The notes: generated by a model from the sequence alone, not told the origin. DNA of 47,242 bases from Thermoplasmata archaeon (GCA_021828085.1 JAKATE010000001.1:1-47242); one strand, 5' to 3'. Numbered from the stretch's first letter, positions 1 to 9,483 are shown. Numbers and translations: made by a program.

Positions 1-2
1 TC

Positions 3-227
3 TGGGTCATCCTGACCCTGCTCGCCCTTGCGGGGATCGCCTGCGGGATCCTCGGCTACAGCTCCTTCGCGAGCGCGCTCGGGGGACAGGCCGTCCTCCT
101 CATGACCGTCCTCGGGGCGCTCGGCACCGCGGGATTCCTGTTCTTCCTCTATCTCACGCTCGGGGTGCTCTATCGGCTGGACCGCCTCCGCCACCCGCTC
201 TCGCGCCGTTTCCGGATCTTCGAGTGA
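3..227 (+). CDS. membrane protein, C-terminal fragment (5' end outside window)
   Basis: Frame is open from the window edge to TGA 225-227. Translation WVILTLLALAGIACGILGY...VLGALGTAGFLFFLYLTLGVLYRLDRLRHPLSRRFRIFE shows two hydrophobic helices and G/C-rich third positions. The stop lies 6 nt before the next start. Not in the supplied ORF track. Confidence 0.4.
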   Translation, partial: WVILTLLALAGIACGILGYSSFASALGGQAVLLMTVLGALGTAGFLFFLYLTLGVLYRLDRLRHPLSRRFRIFE

Positions 228-233
228 GGAAGG

Positions 234-2489
234 ATGCGTAGCGGTCTGGTCCTCCTGGGCGTCGTCCTTCTCGTCGTCGGCGGCGCGCTCCTCGTCTCCC
301 CCGCCCATCCCACCTTCAGCTTCGAGGTCACCGGCGTCCCCGCCGGCTCGACCGGCCCTCAGCCGATCAATCCCTCCCAGGTGGTCGGCTACAGCGCCCC
401 CTACGGCCTCGGGCAGGACGTGGTCTACAACGTGAGCTGGGTGAGCAACGACAACACCACCGTGATGCAGGTCTTCTCCTGCGGAACGGATCCCTCCTGC
501 TCGACCCTGGGACCGCGCCTGGCCGTCCTGGGGGGCGCGTCGAACGGCTTCCAGCTGGACGTGGCCCCGGGGCAGTACTTCTACGTCAACAGCTCGACCC
601 CGCTGACCAGCCCCATCTCCGTCACCGTGACCGGTTACGCCCAGGGGGTCCTCGGCGAGATCGGGCTCTTCCCCTTCGCGGCGGGGGCCTTCCTCGCCCT
701 CGCCGGCTCGGTCACCTACCCGTCCGGGGTCGACGTCCCGGAGGGGCTCAGCCGCAAGCTCGACTACTACCTGGGGGGGATGATCCTGGTGCTGGCCGGC
801 GAAGGGGTCCTCGCCGGCTTCGTGCTCACCCTCCCCCCGCTCACCACCCCGGGCGTCGAGAGCACCTTCGGCTTCGCCCTCGGGTTCATGGCCCTGGGGG
901 GAGCGCTCCTCTTCCACGTCGTGGACGTGATCTACCGCGGACGGGATATCGCGGCCCAGAAGCTGGCGCGCCGGAGCACGCTACCGCGGTGGTTCCGCCG
1001 CTACGTGCTGCGCTGGCTGGTGACGACCGACCACAAGGAGATCGGCCTCCTCTACATCGTCTTCGCCTTCCTCATGTTCTTCGTCGGCGGGACCTACGCG
1101 ATCCTCATCCGGACGGACCTGGGGATCCCGGCCTTCGGGATCTCGGCGAGCCAGATCGGCATCTCCGCGGACATGTACTCCACGCTCTTCACCGAGCACG
1201 GGGTGATCATGATCTTCCTGTTCATCATGCCCCTCATGTCGGGGTTCGGCAACTACCTGCTCCCCACCATGGTCGGGGCGCGGGACATGGCCATGCCCCG
1301 GCTCAACAACTACGCCTTCTGGCTGCTCCCCCCGGCGGCCTTCCTCATCCTCATCTCCAACGCCAACGCGGGCTGGACCGGCTACGTCCCCCTGGCCACC
1401 CTCGAGCCCGGCCACGGCATCGATCTCTGGATCGCGGGGCTCCACATCCTCAGCGTCTCCTCCATCCTCGGCGCCGTCAACTTCATCCTCACGGTGGTGA
1501 AGCACCGCGCCCCGGGCGTGACCTACTGGAACATGCCCATCTTCGTCTGGTCGGTGTTCATCAACAGCTTCCTGGTGCTCGCCGCCATGCCCTCGCTCTC
1601 GGTGGCGCTGAGCATGATCCTCTCCGACCGGAACTTCGGCACGCACTTCACCTACGCGGTGAACGGCTCGCCCCTCGGGGGGCCGCTCATGTACCAGAAC
1701 CTGTTCTGGTTCTTCGGCCATCCCGAGGTCTACATCCTCATCCTCCCGGCCTTCGGTCTCGTCTCCACCGTCCTCCCCAAGATGGTCCGAAGGCACCTCT
1801 TCGGCTACACCGCCATGGCCCTCGCCATCGCCGCCATCGGCATCCTCGGCTTCGTGGTCTGGCAGCACCACATGTTCACCACGGGAGAGGCCACCGACGT
1901 GCGCTTCACCTTCATGCTCACCACCATGGCCATCGCGGTCCCCACCGGGGTGAAGATGTTCAACTGGCTCGGAACCATGTGGGGCGGCCACATCCGCCTG
2001 GAGACCCCCACCTGGTTCATCATCGCCTTCCTGACCATGTTCCTCATCGGAGGGCTCTCCGGCGTGATGCTCGGGAGCATCCCGGTGGACTACCTCGTCC
2101 ACGCCACCTACTTCGTGGTGGCGCACTTCCACTACACCATCCTCGGCGGCACGCTCATGGGCTCCTTCGCCGCCATCTACTTCCTCTACCCGATCATCAC
2201 CCGGCGCTGGTACAACCAGGAGCTCGCCAACTGGCACTTCGTCCTGAGCTACGTCGGGGCGAACATGCTGTTCTTCCCCATGTTCTTCCTCGGCATCGCC
2301 GGGATGCCCCGGCGGGTGTACACCTACCTGCCGTACATCCAGACCCCGGTGGGGCTCAACTTCGCCCAGCTGAACCTGCTCTCCACCATCGGCGCGGGGA
2401 TCTTCGGGATCGCGCAGCTGTTCTTCGTCTTCAACATGGTGATGAGCCGCTACCGCGGTACCCCCGCGGCGGAGGACCCGTGGGCGTGA
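234..2489 (+). CDS. ctaD: heme-copper oxidase subunit I with ~250-aa N-terminal membrane/extracytoplasmic extension
   Basis: From about aa 260 the sequence is canonical CoxI: [84 protein letters not shown] lies just upstream of ATG 234. The first ~250 aa are a signal-anchor helix, a ~120-aa S/T/V-rich domain and three more helices. Confidence 0.9.
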   Translation: MRSGLVLLGVVLLVVGGALLVSPAHPTFSFEVTGVPAGSTGPQPINPSQVVGYSAPYGLGQDVVYNVSWVSNDNTTVMQVFSCGTDPSCSTLGPRLAVLGGASNGFQLDVAPGQYFYVNSSTPLTSPISVTVTGYAQGVLGEIGLFPFAAGAFLALAGSVTYPSGVDVPEGLSRKLDYYLGGMILVLAGEGVLAGFVLTLPPLTTPGVESTFGFALGFMALGGALLFHVVDVIYRGRDIAAQKLARRSTLPRWFRRYVLRWLVTTDHKEIGLLYIVFAFLMFFVGGTYAILIRTDLGIPAFGISASQIGISADMYSTLFTEHGVIMIFLFIMPLMSGFGNYLLPTMVGARDMAMPRLNNYAFWLLPPAAFLILISNANAGWTGYVPLATLEPGHGIDLWIAGLHILSVSSILGAVNFILTVVKHRAPGVTYWNMPIFVWSVFINSFLVLAAMPSLSVALSMILSDRNFGTHFTYAVNGSPLGGPLMYQNLFWFFGHPEVYILILPAFGLVSTVLPKMVRRHLFGYTAMALAIAAIGILGFVVWQHHMFTTGEATDVRFTFMLTTMAIAVPTGVKMFNWLGTMWGGHIRLETPTWFIIAFLTMFLIGGLSGVMLGSIPVDYLVHATYFVVAHFHYTILGGTLMGSFAAIYFLYPIITRRWYNQELANWHFVLSYVGANMLFFPMFFLGIAGMPRRVYTYLPYIQTPVGLNFAQLNLLSTIGAGIFGIAQLFFVFNMVMSRYRGTPAAEDPWA

Positions 2490-3022
2490 GCCCCGCTTCC
2501 GAGGTCCCCCGCTCCGTCTGGGGCGACCGCTGGGTGCGCATCGCCTCCGTCGTCACCCTCGCCTGGACCTACGTGACCATCGTCGTCGGCGCGGACGTGA
2601 CCGCCACCGACTCGCAGCTCGCCTGCGTGAGCTGGCCCACGTGCACCGGCCAGAGCCTGCTGCCCACCTCGTACACGGGGGGCGTCCTCATCGAGTTCAC
2701 CCATCGGGTGGCCGCCCTGGTGCTGAGCCTGCTCATCCTCGCGCTCCTGGTGCTCATCCTCCGCTATGAGCGCCACCGCCGCTCGGTCCGGAGGCTCGGC
2801 GTCTTCGCCTTCGGGCTGTTGATCTTCCAGGCGGCCCTCGGCGCCGTCATCATCTTCACCCAGGCGGCGGCCGTGGTGGTCATCCTCCACCTGGCGGTCG
2901 CGACCCTCCTCTTCGCGGTCCTCCTGGTGGTGGCGCTCCTGGTGAACCTCCCTCATCTGCCCCCGCGGTGGCGCGTGAGCCTCTTCGGCGAGGAGGATGT
3001 CCGCGGATCCCCCGGGCCCTGA
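2480..3022 (+). CDS. ctaA: heme A synthase, short four-helix type
   Basis: Last ~181 codons of frame 989..3022. Motifs: LACVSWPTC (C-x5-C loop), EFTHRVAAL and VVILHLAVA (helix histidines), four hydrophobic helices. GTG 2480 (or GTG 2486) overlaps the coxI stop at 2487-2489. The gene sits between coxI and ctaB. Confidence 0.7.
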   Translation: MGVSPASEVPRSVWGDRWVRIASVVTLAWTYVTIVVGADVTATDSQLACVSWPTCTGQSLLPTSYTGGVLIEFTHRVAALVLSLLILALLVLILRYERHRRSVRRLGVFAFGLLIFQAALGAVIIFTQAAAVVVILHLAVATLLFAVLLVVALLVNLPHLPPRWRVSLFGEEDVRGSPGP

Positions 3023-3953
3023 AACGGGCCCCTCGGTCCTTGCGCGGGATGGGCCGGCGACCCCCCCGGACTCCCCCGCGAGGCTCCGGGACTATCTCAC
3101 GCTGACCAAGCCGGGGATCACTGGGCTCATCCTGCTCATGGCCGTGGCCGGCTTCTTCGCCGCTGATCCCTCCTACCCGCCCTCCTGGCTCTCGCTCGTC
3201 GAGCTGCTGGTGGCCGGCGGGCTCGCCTCCGCGGGGGCTGCGGCGCTCAACCACTGGTACGACCGGGATGTCGACCTTAGGATGAACCGGACGCGCCGCC
3301 GCCCAGTCCCTGCCGAGCGCGTCGGCCCGCGGGGAGCGCTCGTCGTGGGGATCTTCCTGAGCGCGCTCGGATGGTCCCTCGCCCTCGTCTGGCTTCCCCT
3401 GGAGGCCTTCCTCGCCATCGCCTCGGGAACCCTGGTCTACGTCGGGGTCTACACGATCTGGCTCAAGCGCCGGACCCGCTGGAACATCGTGGTCGGAGGC
3501 TACGCCGGGAGCGCCCCCGTCCTGGCCGGGGCCGCCGTCGCTGCGGGGCACATCGCCCTGGCCCCGGTGCTGCTCGCCCTCCTGGTCTTCCTGTGGACCC
3601 CGCCACACTTCTGGTCGCTCGCCCTCGTCCTCCGGGACGACTACGCCCGGGCGGACCTCCCCATGCTCCCCGTGGCGAACGATCCGGTCCGCTCGGGACG
3701 GAGCGTCTTCGCCAGCGGGCTGCTCCTCCTCCTGCCCACCTTGGCCTTCGCCGTCGTCCTCGGTGACTACGGCCTCTTCCTGGCCCTGGCCCTGGTCCTT
3801 GGCGTGGCCTTCGCCGGCCTGCTGGCCGGGCTCCTCCGGGACGTCAGCCGCAAGGTGGCCCTGCGGGCGTTCATCTTCTCCGGCTTCTATCTCATGGGGA
3901 TCGGGGTCGCGATGGTCGTGAACTGGCTCTACTACCGCTGGCCGGGGGTCTGA
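2997..3953 (+). CDS. ctaB: protoheme IX farnesyltransferase (heme O synthase), UbiA family
   Basis: YLTLTKPGITGLILLMAVAGF, NHWYDRDVDLRMNRTRRRPVP (Asp-rich UbiA motif), WTPPHFWSLAL. The start overlaps the ctaA 3' end by 26 nt. Confidence 0.9.
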   Translation: MSADPPGPETGPSVLARDGPATPPDSPARLRDYLTLTKPGITGLILLMAVAGFFAADPSYPPSWLSLVELLVAGGLASAGAAALNHWYDRDVDLRMNRTRRRPVPAERVGPRGALVVGIFLSALGWSLALVWLPLEAFLAIASGTLVYVGVYTIWLKRRTRWNIVVGGYAGSAPVLAGAAVAAGHIALAPVLLALLVFLWTPPHFWSLALVLRDDYARADLPMLPVANDPVRSGRSVFASGLLLLLPTLAFAVVLGDYGLFLALALVLGVAFAGLLAGLLRDVSRKVALRAFIFSGFYLMGIGVAMVVNWLYYRWPGV

Positions 3954-3983
3954 GGCCGTTCCGGACGGCCTCCGGTCCACCGG

Positions 3984-3991
3984 AAGCTTAT
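3984..3991 (+). promoter_or_regulatory. TATA-like box upstream of 4018 gene
   Basis: AAGCTTAT is an AT-rich island in GC-rich DNA, 27-34 nt upstream of ATG 4018. This fits archaeal TATA spacing for a leaderless mRNA. Confidence 0.4.
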
Positions 3992-4017
3992 GGGGGCGAC
4001 CCTCCCTCTCGCCGCGC

Positions 4018-4758
4018 ATGGCAGAGGATTTCGGGGGCCTGAACCCGACACGGACCCTCCAGCGAGTGCTCGAGAGCCTCGGCTACCGCCTCGAGGGGCT
4101 TCCCTCCGGGCGGCGCGTACCGGGAGCGGACTTCTGGGTGCATACCCCCGGCTTCCCCCCCCGGGCCCTTCCGGTCTTCTCCTCCCTCGCCGAGGGTTCG
4201 CGCCCTCCGGAGGCACCGGGGTCGCTCGCCTCGCGCTGGGCAGCCGGGGTCCGTGAGGCCCGGCCCGAGCCCCCGTGGGGGACCATCCTGGTGGTGGAGG
4301 GGGAGGAGAACGCGCGCCGCCTCGGGGAGGACCTCTCCCGGACCTCGCCGGAGCCGGACCCGCTCGCGCCGTTCTTCGCCCGGATCCTCATCCGCGACCC
4401 CTCGGCCCTCGAGGGCCAGAAGGTCTCCTGGCGCTGGGCCCGCCGCAAGGTCAACGGCCGCGAGCTGCTCACCTTGGCGACCGGGACCTTGGTCGGGCTC
4501 GCCCAGCGTTCCCTGGCCGAGTCCCCGGAGGAGGGCTTCAACGTCGATTTGGTCGGGATGCTCCGCGAGCTCAAGGGGACTCTCCTGGTGGACCTGGAAG
4601 GCTCGCTCGGGGTCGAATCCACCGAGGATGCCCTCTTCCTGCTCTATCAACTGGCCCAGCGGTACGGCTACGCCCCGGGCGCGCAGGGAGGGGACCTGCA
4701 CGAACTGCTGGTGAGGGCCCAGGGCCCGGCGAGCCGGCTTCCCTGGTTCGCCTTCTGA
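4018..4758 (+). CDS. hypothetical protein
   Basis: 246-aa ORF with balanced composition and G/C-rich third positions. A TATA-like box lies at the right distance upstream. No motif recognised. Competes with antisense shadow 3988..4701. Confidence 0.55.
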   Translation: MAEDFGGLNPTRTLQRVLESLGYRLEGLPSGRRVPGADFWVHTPGFPPRALPVFSSLAEGSRPPEAPGSLASRWAAGVREARPEPPWGTILVVEGEENARRLGEDLSRTSPEPDPLAPFFARILIRDPSALEGQKVSWRWARRKVNGRELLTLATGTLVGLAQRSLAESPEEGFNVDLVGMLRELKGTLLVDLEGSLGVESTEDALFLLYQLAQRYGYAPGAQGGDLHELLVRAQGPASRLPWFAF

Positions 4759-4781
4759 GCCTCCGCGGGCGGCGCGAGGAG

Positions 4782-6080
4782 ATGGGCACGCCCCCCGGAA
4801 CCCCGGAGCCCGCCTCCGGGGCCGCGGGAGAGCCGCTGCCGGGGGGGAGGAGCCCCCCCACGGGGCCGAGACTCGCCCCGGACTTCCCCCACTGGCGCCG
4901 TTCGCTCGCCTTTCTCACCACCAGCCGGATCCTCCGGAGCTTCGCCGCCGGCTTCCTCAACCTGGCGTTCCCTTACCTCATCCTCACCCAACTGCACGAA
5001 AGCGCGACGGTCCTCGGACTCCTCTACGCCGCCGGAGGGCTGTCCACGGCCGCCCTCGCCTTCGGCTTCGGGAGGTTCGGGACTCGGGTCCACCAGCGCT
5101 ACGGCTACTACCTCGCCCTCGCCCTTCTGCCGGTCGCCTGCCTGCTGCTCACCTTCCCGGGCTCGTTCCCCCTGGTCGCGCTGGGGGCCGCCCTCGGCGG
5201 GTTCAGTGCCACGGGCTCGCTCGCGGGCGGGGGCGTGGGCGGGGCGGTCCAGCCCTTCCAGACCGCCATCCTCTCCGACCTTGTCCCGCCGGCCGACCGG
5301 ACGCGCTGGCTCAGCGTACTGTCTTTCCTCAATGGGCTCAGTGCGGCCCTCGGTGCGCTCCTCGTGGCCGGTGTCTCCCTGGGAGAGCTCTTCCCTGTGG
5401 GTCTTGCCCTCTCGCTCGGCGCGCTCCTGTTGAGCCTCCCGATCGAGATCCGGGAGACCCGACGCGGCCATCGGCCCGCCTCCCGCTCCCGGCGCGCCAT
5501 CCGCCGGTTCACGGCCACGGGAATCCTCAACGGGTTCTCCCAGGGACTGCTCACCCCCTTCCTGATCCCGTTCTTCCTGCTCATCTACCATATCCCGGCC
5601 TCGGAGATGGCCTACTACACGGCGGCGAGCGGGACCTGCGCCACCGTCGCGCTGCTCTTCGCCCCCTGGCTCGAGCGGCGGCTGGGCTTCGTCCCCTCCA
5701 TCTCCTACACCCGGGGAGTGGGGGCGCTCCTCGCCATCGTGATGCCCTTCGTGAGGATCTTCCCGGTCTCGGTGGCGATCTACCTGGCCCTGCCGGCGCT
5801 CCGGGTCGCCGCGCTGCCGACGCAGACCTCCGCGCTCATGGGGATGGTGGCCCCCGCCGACCGGGCCGAGGCGAGCGGGACGAACCAGGCCGCCCGCGTC
5901 GCCGCGGCCGGGGGGGCCACCGCGCTCTCCGGCTTCACCATCGACGAGGTCGCCATCTCCGTCCCCTTCCTGGGCTACGCCGCCGCGGTCTACGCCAACG
6001 TCTACCTGTACATCCGCTTCTTCGGCTGGCAGGGACACAGTTCGGTCTACGACGAACCGGAGAAGGGGGAGGCGGGCTGA
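4782..6080 (+). CDS. major facilitator superfamily transporter
   Basis: ATG 4782 lies inside frame 4275..6080, 23 nt after the previous stop. About 12 hydrophobic segments. GFGRFGTRVHQRYG resembles the MFS loop 2-3 motif. Confidence 0.7.
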   Translation: MGTPPGTPEPASGAAGEPLPGGRSPPTGPRLAPDFPHWRRSLAFLTTSRILRSFAAGFLNLAFPYLILTQLHESATVLGLLYAAGGLSTAALAFGFGRFGTRVHQRYGYYLALALLPVACLLLTFPGSFPLVALGAALGGFSATGSLAGGGVGGAVQPFQTAILSDLVPPADRTRWLSVLSFLNGLSAALGALLVAGVSLGELFPVGLALSLGALLLSLPIEIRETRRGHRPASRSRRAIRRFTATGILNGFSQGLLTPFLIPFFLLIYHIPASEMAYYTAASGTCATVALLFAPWLERRLGFVPSISYTRGVGALLAIVMPFVRIFPVSVAIYLALPALRVAALPTQTSALMGMVAPADRAEASGTNQAARVAAAGGATALSGFTIDEVAISVPFLGYAAAVYANVYLYIRFFGWQGHSSVYDEPEKGEAG

Positions 6081-6087
6081 TCCCCCG

Positions 6088-6909
6088 TCAGCCCCGCGGA
6101 GGGCCGGGGGGTTGTCGGCCCGGAGCGAGGGAATAGACGTCGTAGGAGAGGGCCGGGACGAAGCCGAGCTTCAGCAGCGGAGAGGGACGGCCCCCCGGGA
6201 CGGAGAGGGCGAAGGGAAGCGTGGCCCCCGGGCCCTCCTCCCGGAGCACCCCGGCCACCAGCGCGCTCGCCGCCCCCCGGCCTCGGCTCTCCGGCTTGGT
6301 GGCGACCCCGTGGAGGGTGCTGCCGTAGGCGCTCCGGTGGAAGAGTCCAGCCGCCACCCACTCCCCTCCCGCGAGGGCCAGATAGGCGACCGTGCGGTCC
6401 CCCTGGTTCGGGTGGGACTCCGCCACGTCGAGGTATCGGACCAGTTCCTCGCGGAAGCGCTCCTCGGCGTAGAAGGTGGCGAAGTCCGTGCGTTCCTCCT
6501 CCCGGGCGGGGCGGACCTGGTAGCGTCCGTCCAGCTCCGGGAGGGGCTGGGGCCGCCAAGCGAAGATCTCCCGGGGAGCGCCCCCGCGCTTCTCGAAACC
6601 CTGGTCCTCGAGCGCCCGGACGAGCTCGGGCTGCGCCAGGCCGCACGGTAGCTCGAAGGAGGGCCGGAGCGCCCGCTGATAGTAGTGCTCGAGCGTCCGC
6701 TCGAGGAAGGCGCTCGTCCGCCCCCGGGAGACGCGGACGTCCTGGGCGTAGTTGAACCGGGGGACCGGGACGCGCTCGTTGACCACGAGGGTGGCCTCCG
6801 GGAGCTCCACGGCGTACCCGCCGAAGAGCAGCGCGAAGGCGCGGTCCTCGCGCAGCAGGCGCAGCCGCTCGGGAAGCCCGAGGGCCGTCGGGGAAGGGGG
6901 CTCGGGCAC
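6088..6909 (-). CDS. GNAT-family N-acetyltransferase
   Basis: C-terminal half has the acetyl-CoA motif A-like HGVATKPESRGRGAASALV (R-x-x-G-x-G/A). GTG start 6909 has GATTAGCGATTG, an AT-richer box, about 29 nt upstream. Confidence 0.65.
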   Translation of the reverse strand: MPEPPSPTALGLPERLRLLREDRAFALLFGGYAVELPEATLVVNERVPVPRFNYAQDVRVSRGRTSAFLERTLEHYYQRALRPSFELPCGLAQPELVRALEDQGFEKRGGAPREIFAWRPQPLPELDGRYQVRPAREEERTDFATFYAEERFREELVRYLDVAESHPNQGDRTVAYLALAGGEWVAAGLFHRSAYGSTLHGVATKPESRGRGAASALVAGVLREEGPGATLPFALSVPGGRPSPLLKLGFVPALSYDVYSLAPGRQPPGPPRG

Positions 6910-7037
6910 GCGGACCGGAACGGGTGCAGGGGGATTAGCGATTGCGCCCGGGCAACGGCCGGCCCGAGACCCTCCGCGCCTCCTCTGCGCACGCGCGGAA
7001 AGGAAGGGGGCCTAGGACAGCGGGGGCTCAGCGAGCG

Positions 7038-7382
7038 TCAGCTCGCCGGCGATTCGTCGTCGTCATCCTCGTCCTCTTCGTCGTCCTCGGACTCCTCCTC
7101 CCCGTCGCCCTCGGCCTTCGCGTCCTCCTCCTCCATCTCCTCCTCGAAGGCCTCGGCGCAGTCCGGGCAGAGGAAGACGGTACGCCCGTCATCCATGTCC
7201 TCGACGACGGTCCAGCCCTCCTCCTCGAAGCGGAACGCCTCGAAGGGGGTCGGACCCAGGAGCCGGAGATGGGTGGAGTGACGGCATCCTTCCATGCCGC
7301 AGGCGACCGGGAAGGATGCGCTCCGCGGCCCGGCCGGGTTGGACCCTCCCCCGGGCGCGCCGGACGGACCTCTGCCGCTCAT
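7038..7382 (-). CDS. small zinc-ribbon protein with poly-acidic C-terminal tail
   Basis: Four Cys as ACGMEGC ... CPDC. The last ~45 aa are almost only E/D (EEEMEEEDAKAEGDGEEESEDDEEDEDDDDE). CTTAAG box lies 25-30 nt upstream of ATG 7382. Confidence 0.55.
   Translation of the reverse strand: MSGRGPSGAPGGGSNPAGPRSASFPVACGMEGCRHSTHLRLLGPTPFEAFRFEEEGWTVVEDMDDGRTVFLCPDCAEAFEEEMEEEDAKAEGDGEEESEDDEEDEDDDDESPAS
7051..7147. repeat. low-complexity triplet tract (encodes acidic tail)
   Basis: Run of TCG/TCC/GTC-type triplets on the + strand (GAN codons on the - strand) inside 7038..7382. Confidence 0.6.
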
Positions 7383-7406
7383 GGGCGGACGAGGCGGGGA
7401 GCCCCA

Positions 7407-7412
7407 CTTAAG
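7407..7412. promoter_or_regulatory. palindromic CTTAAG TATA-like box in divergent intergenic region
   Basis: Only AT-rich element between divergent genes 7382(-) and 7485(+). Lies 25-30 nt from ATG 7382. The same hexamer recurs at 26412-26417 in another divergent spacer. Confidence 0.4.
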
Positions 7413-7484
7413 GTTGGCTCTCGAGGTTCCGGTACGGCCGGCTCCACCCCGAACCCATTTCTCCCCTTGGGCCTGGGAGCCGAC

Positions 7485-8501
7485 GTGCCGTCCGGAGAGC
7501 GGGAGGAGCCCGACGTCGCCGGGATCGTGCTCGTGGGAGGCCTGGGGACCCGGCTACGCCCGATCACCTACAGCGTGCCCAAGCAGCTCATCCCGGTGGC
7601 CGGCCAGCCGATCCTCTACCATGCGATGGACCTCCTCCCCCCCCGCGTCCGCCGGATCGTGCTCGCGTGCGGGTACAAGGCCGAGGCCTTCCGGGCCTAC
7701 CTGGCCGCCCACCCGTACCGCCGTCCCGTCACCCTCGTCCCCGAGTCGACCCCACTGGGGACCGGCGGGGGGCTCAAGAACGTGGCCGCCGAGGCGAGCG
7801 ACCCGTTCTTCCTCCTCAACGGCGACGTCATCGCGGGGTTCGATCTGGAAGAGCTCTGGGAGCTCCTCCAGGAGGAGGGGGGACTCGGGGCGATGAGCTT
7901 CCTCGAGGTGGAGGACCCGTCCCCGTACGGCGTGGCGACGTTCGACGGGCAGGGCCGGGTCCAGCGCTTCGTGGAGAAACCCCCCCGGGAGAGCGCCCCC
8001 TCCCGCTGGATCAACGCCGGTGCCTCGCTCTGGAGACGCGAGGTCCTCGGGGAGATCCCCGGGGGCCGGGAGGTGAGCTTCGAGAAGGAGGTCCTCCCGG
8101 GGCTGCTCCCCCGGGGCATCCTCGGCAAGTGCTACCGCGCCTGGTGGGAGGACGCCGGCACGCCGGAACGATTGCTCCACGCCCAGCGATTGCTCTTCGA
8201 CCACCCCCGCACCGACCGCTTCACCCCCTCTGCGCGTCTTCCCGGGGCCCGGGTGGTCCCGCCCGTCGCCGTGGGACGCGGCTGTGCCGGCGAGGGGGCG
8301 ACCGTGGGGCGCTACGTGACGCTCGGGGAAGGGGTGCGGCTCGGCGCGGGAAGCCAGGTGGAGGACTCCGTCCTCCTGGACGGGGTGACCGTGGGGGAAG
8401 GGGCCCGGATCGTCCGGAGCCTGGTCGGCCCGGGGTACGCTGTCCCGCCGGGGGCCGTGGTCGAGGGGGCCTGCCTCGCGAGGGTGGACCCCCCCGGCTG
8501 A
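7485..8501 (+). CDS. sugar-phosphate nucleotidyltransferase (mannose-1-P guanylyl/glucose-1-P thymidylyl-transferase-like) with C-terminal left-handed beta-helix
   Basis: GIVLVGGLGTRLRPITYSVPKQLIPVAG (G-x-G-t-R-L signature), LLNGDV, EKP. The C-terminus has hexapeptide-like repeats (GEGATVGRYVTLGEGVRLGAGSQVEDSVLLDGVTVGEGARI). Start is GTG 7485 (alternative TTG 7467) within frame 6942..8501. Confidence 0.8.
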   Translation: MPSGEREEPDVAGIVLVGGLGTRLRPITYSVPKQLIPVAGQPILYHAMDLLPPRVRRIVLACGYKAEAFRAYLAAHPYRRPVTLVPESTPLGTGGGLKNVAAEASDPFFLLNGDVIAGFDLEELWELLQEEGGLGAMSFLEVEDPSPYGVATFDGQGRVQRFVEKPPRESAPSRWINAGASLWRREVLGEIPGGREVSFEKEVLPGLLPRGILGKCYRAWWEDAGTPERLLHAQRLLFDHPRTDRFTPSARLPGARVVPPVAVGRGCAGEGATVGRYVTLGEGVRLGAGSQVEDSVLLDGVTVGEGARIVRSLVGPGYAVPPGAVVEGACLARVDPPG

Positions 8502-8519
8502 TCGGGCGTCCCGGGGGTC

Positions 8520-9359
8520 TCAGGCCCGGGCCGGGGGGACCGGGCGACGTGAGGAGGAGGGCGTCCGGCCCGCACGGGCCTCCTCGAGGACCGTCCGCGC
8601 CTCGGAGACCGTCAGGTGGTCGTGGACGATCCCCCGGAGGGCCTGGAGCATCGCCACGGGATGGTCGGACTGCCAGATGTTCCGGCCCATGTCCACTCCG
8701 TAGGCCCCGGCCTCGATGGCCGAGTGCGCGAGCTCCAGGACGGCCTGGTCGTTCTCCAGCTTCGGTCCCCCGGCGACCACCAGGGGGACCGGGCAACCCT
8801 CCACCACTCGGGAGAAACCCTCCTCGCAGTAGTAGGTCTTCACGACGTGGGCGCCGAGCTCCGCGCAGATGCGGCTCGCCAGCGAGAGGTAGCGGGAGTC
8901 GCGCTTCTGCAACTCCTTGCCCACCGCCGTGATGCCCATCACCGGCATCCCCAACTCCTCTCCCTCATCCACCAGGGTCCCGAGGTTCGTGAGAGAGCTG
9001 TGCTCGTGGGCGCTACCGACGAAGACGCTCATCGCCACGGCCGCCACGTTGAGGCGCACGGCCTCCCGCATCGAAGTGGTGAGGGACTCGTCGGAGAGGT
9101 CCTCGCCGACGATGCTGGCCCCCCCGGAGACCCGGAGGACGATGGGCGTGGAGGTTCCCGGGTCGACGCTCGTCCGGAGCACCCCCCGGGTGAGCGCGAG
9201 CGCGTCACAGAACGGAAGGAGGGGACGGATGGTCTCCTTCGGCACCTCGAGGCCGTGGGTGGGGCCCATGAAGTAGCCGTGGTCCACCGCCAGCATGACC
9301 GTGCGCTTCGTCGGAGCCGGGAAGATCCGGCCCATCCGGTTCTGCCATCCCCAGTCCAT
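8520..9359 (-). CDS. DhnA-family class I aldolase (LsrF/FbaB/AroA'-like)
   Basis: MDWGWQNRMGRIFPAPTKRTVMLAVDHGYFMGP, VKTYY, CPVPLVVAGGPK, GVDMGRNIWQSDHPVAM. It follows my recollection of E. coli LsrF along its whole length. Confidence 0.8.
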   Translation of the reverse strand: MDWGWQNRMGRIFPAPTKRTVMLAVDHGYFMGPTHGLEVPKETIRPLLPFCDALALTRGVLRTSVDPGTSTPIVLRVSGGASIVGEDLSDESLTTSMREAVRLNVAAVAMSVFVGSAHEHSSLTNLGTLVDEGEELGMPVMGITAVGKELQKRDSRYLSLASRICAELGAHVVKTYYCEEGFSRVVEGCPVPLVVAGGPKLENDQAVLELAHSAIEAGAYGVDMGRNIWQSDHPVAMLQALRGIVHDHLTVSEARTVLEEARAGRTPSSSRRPVPPARA

Positions 9360-9483
9360 GGACGTCCTCGGGGGCCGGCGAGGCCGGGAAGGGGTCTAAG
9401 CCTTTGCGGGGACCGTCCGCCGGGTATGGAGTCCAACAATCCTCTCCCCACAGGGGAGGAGGCGAGGAGCACGGGGGGGAAGG

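Noticed and set aside
234-980. Idea that the CoxI N-terminal extension is a fused subunit II
   Set aside because: There is no CuA ligand pattern (H-x34-C-x3-C-x3-H-x2-M) and no cupredoxin-like terminal motif. It is kept only as an unexplained extension.
981-2479. 418-aa antisense ORF (981..2237) and the first ~500 codons of the 677-aa + ORF (989..3022), both inside coxI
   Set aside because: Their composition is E/D/G/H/R/P-rich with no motifs. The coxI frame carries canonical CoxI signatures throughout. Only the last ~181 codons of 989..3022 (ctaA) look coding.
4275-4781. 5' extension of the MFS ORF (the track starts it at 4275), overlapping the 4018..4758 gene
   Set aside because: The extension is P/G/R-rich and overlaps a better gene. 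ATG 4782 lies just after that gene's stop and precedes the first hydrophobic helix region.
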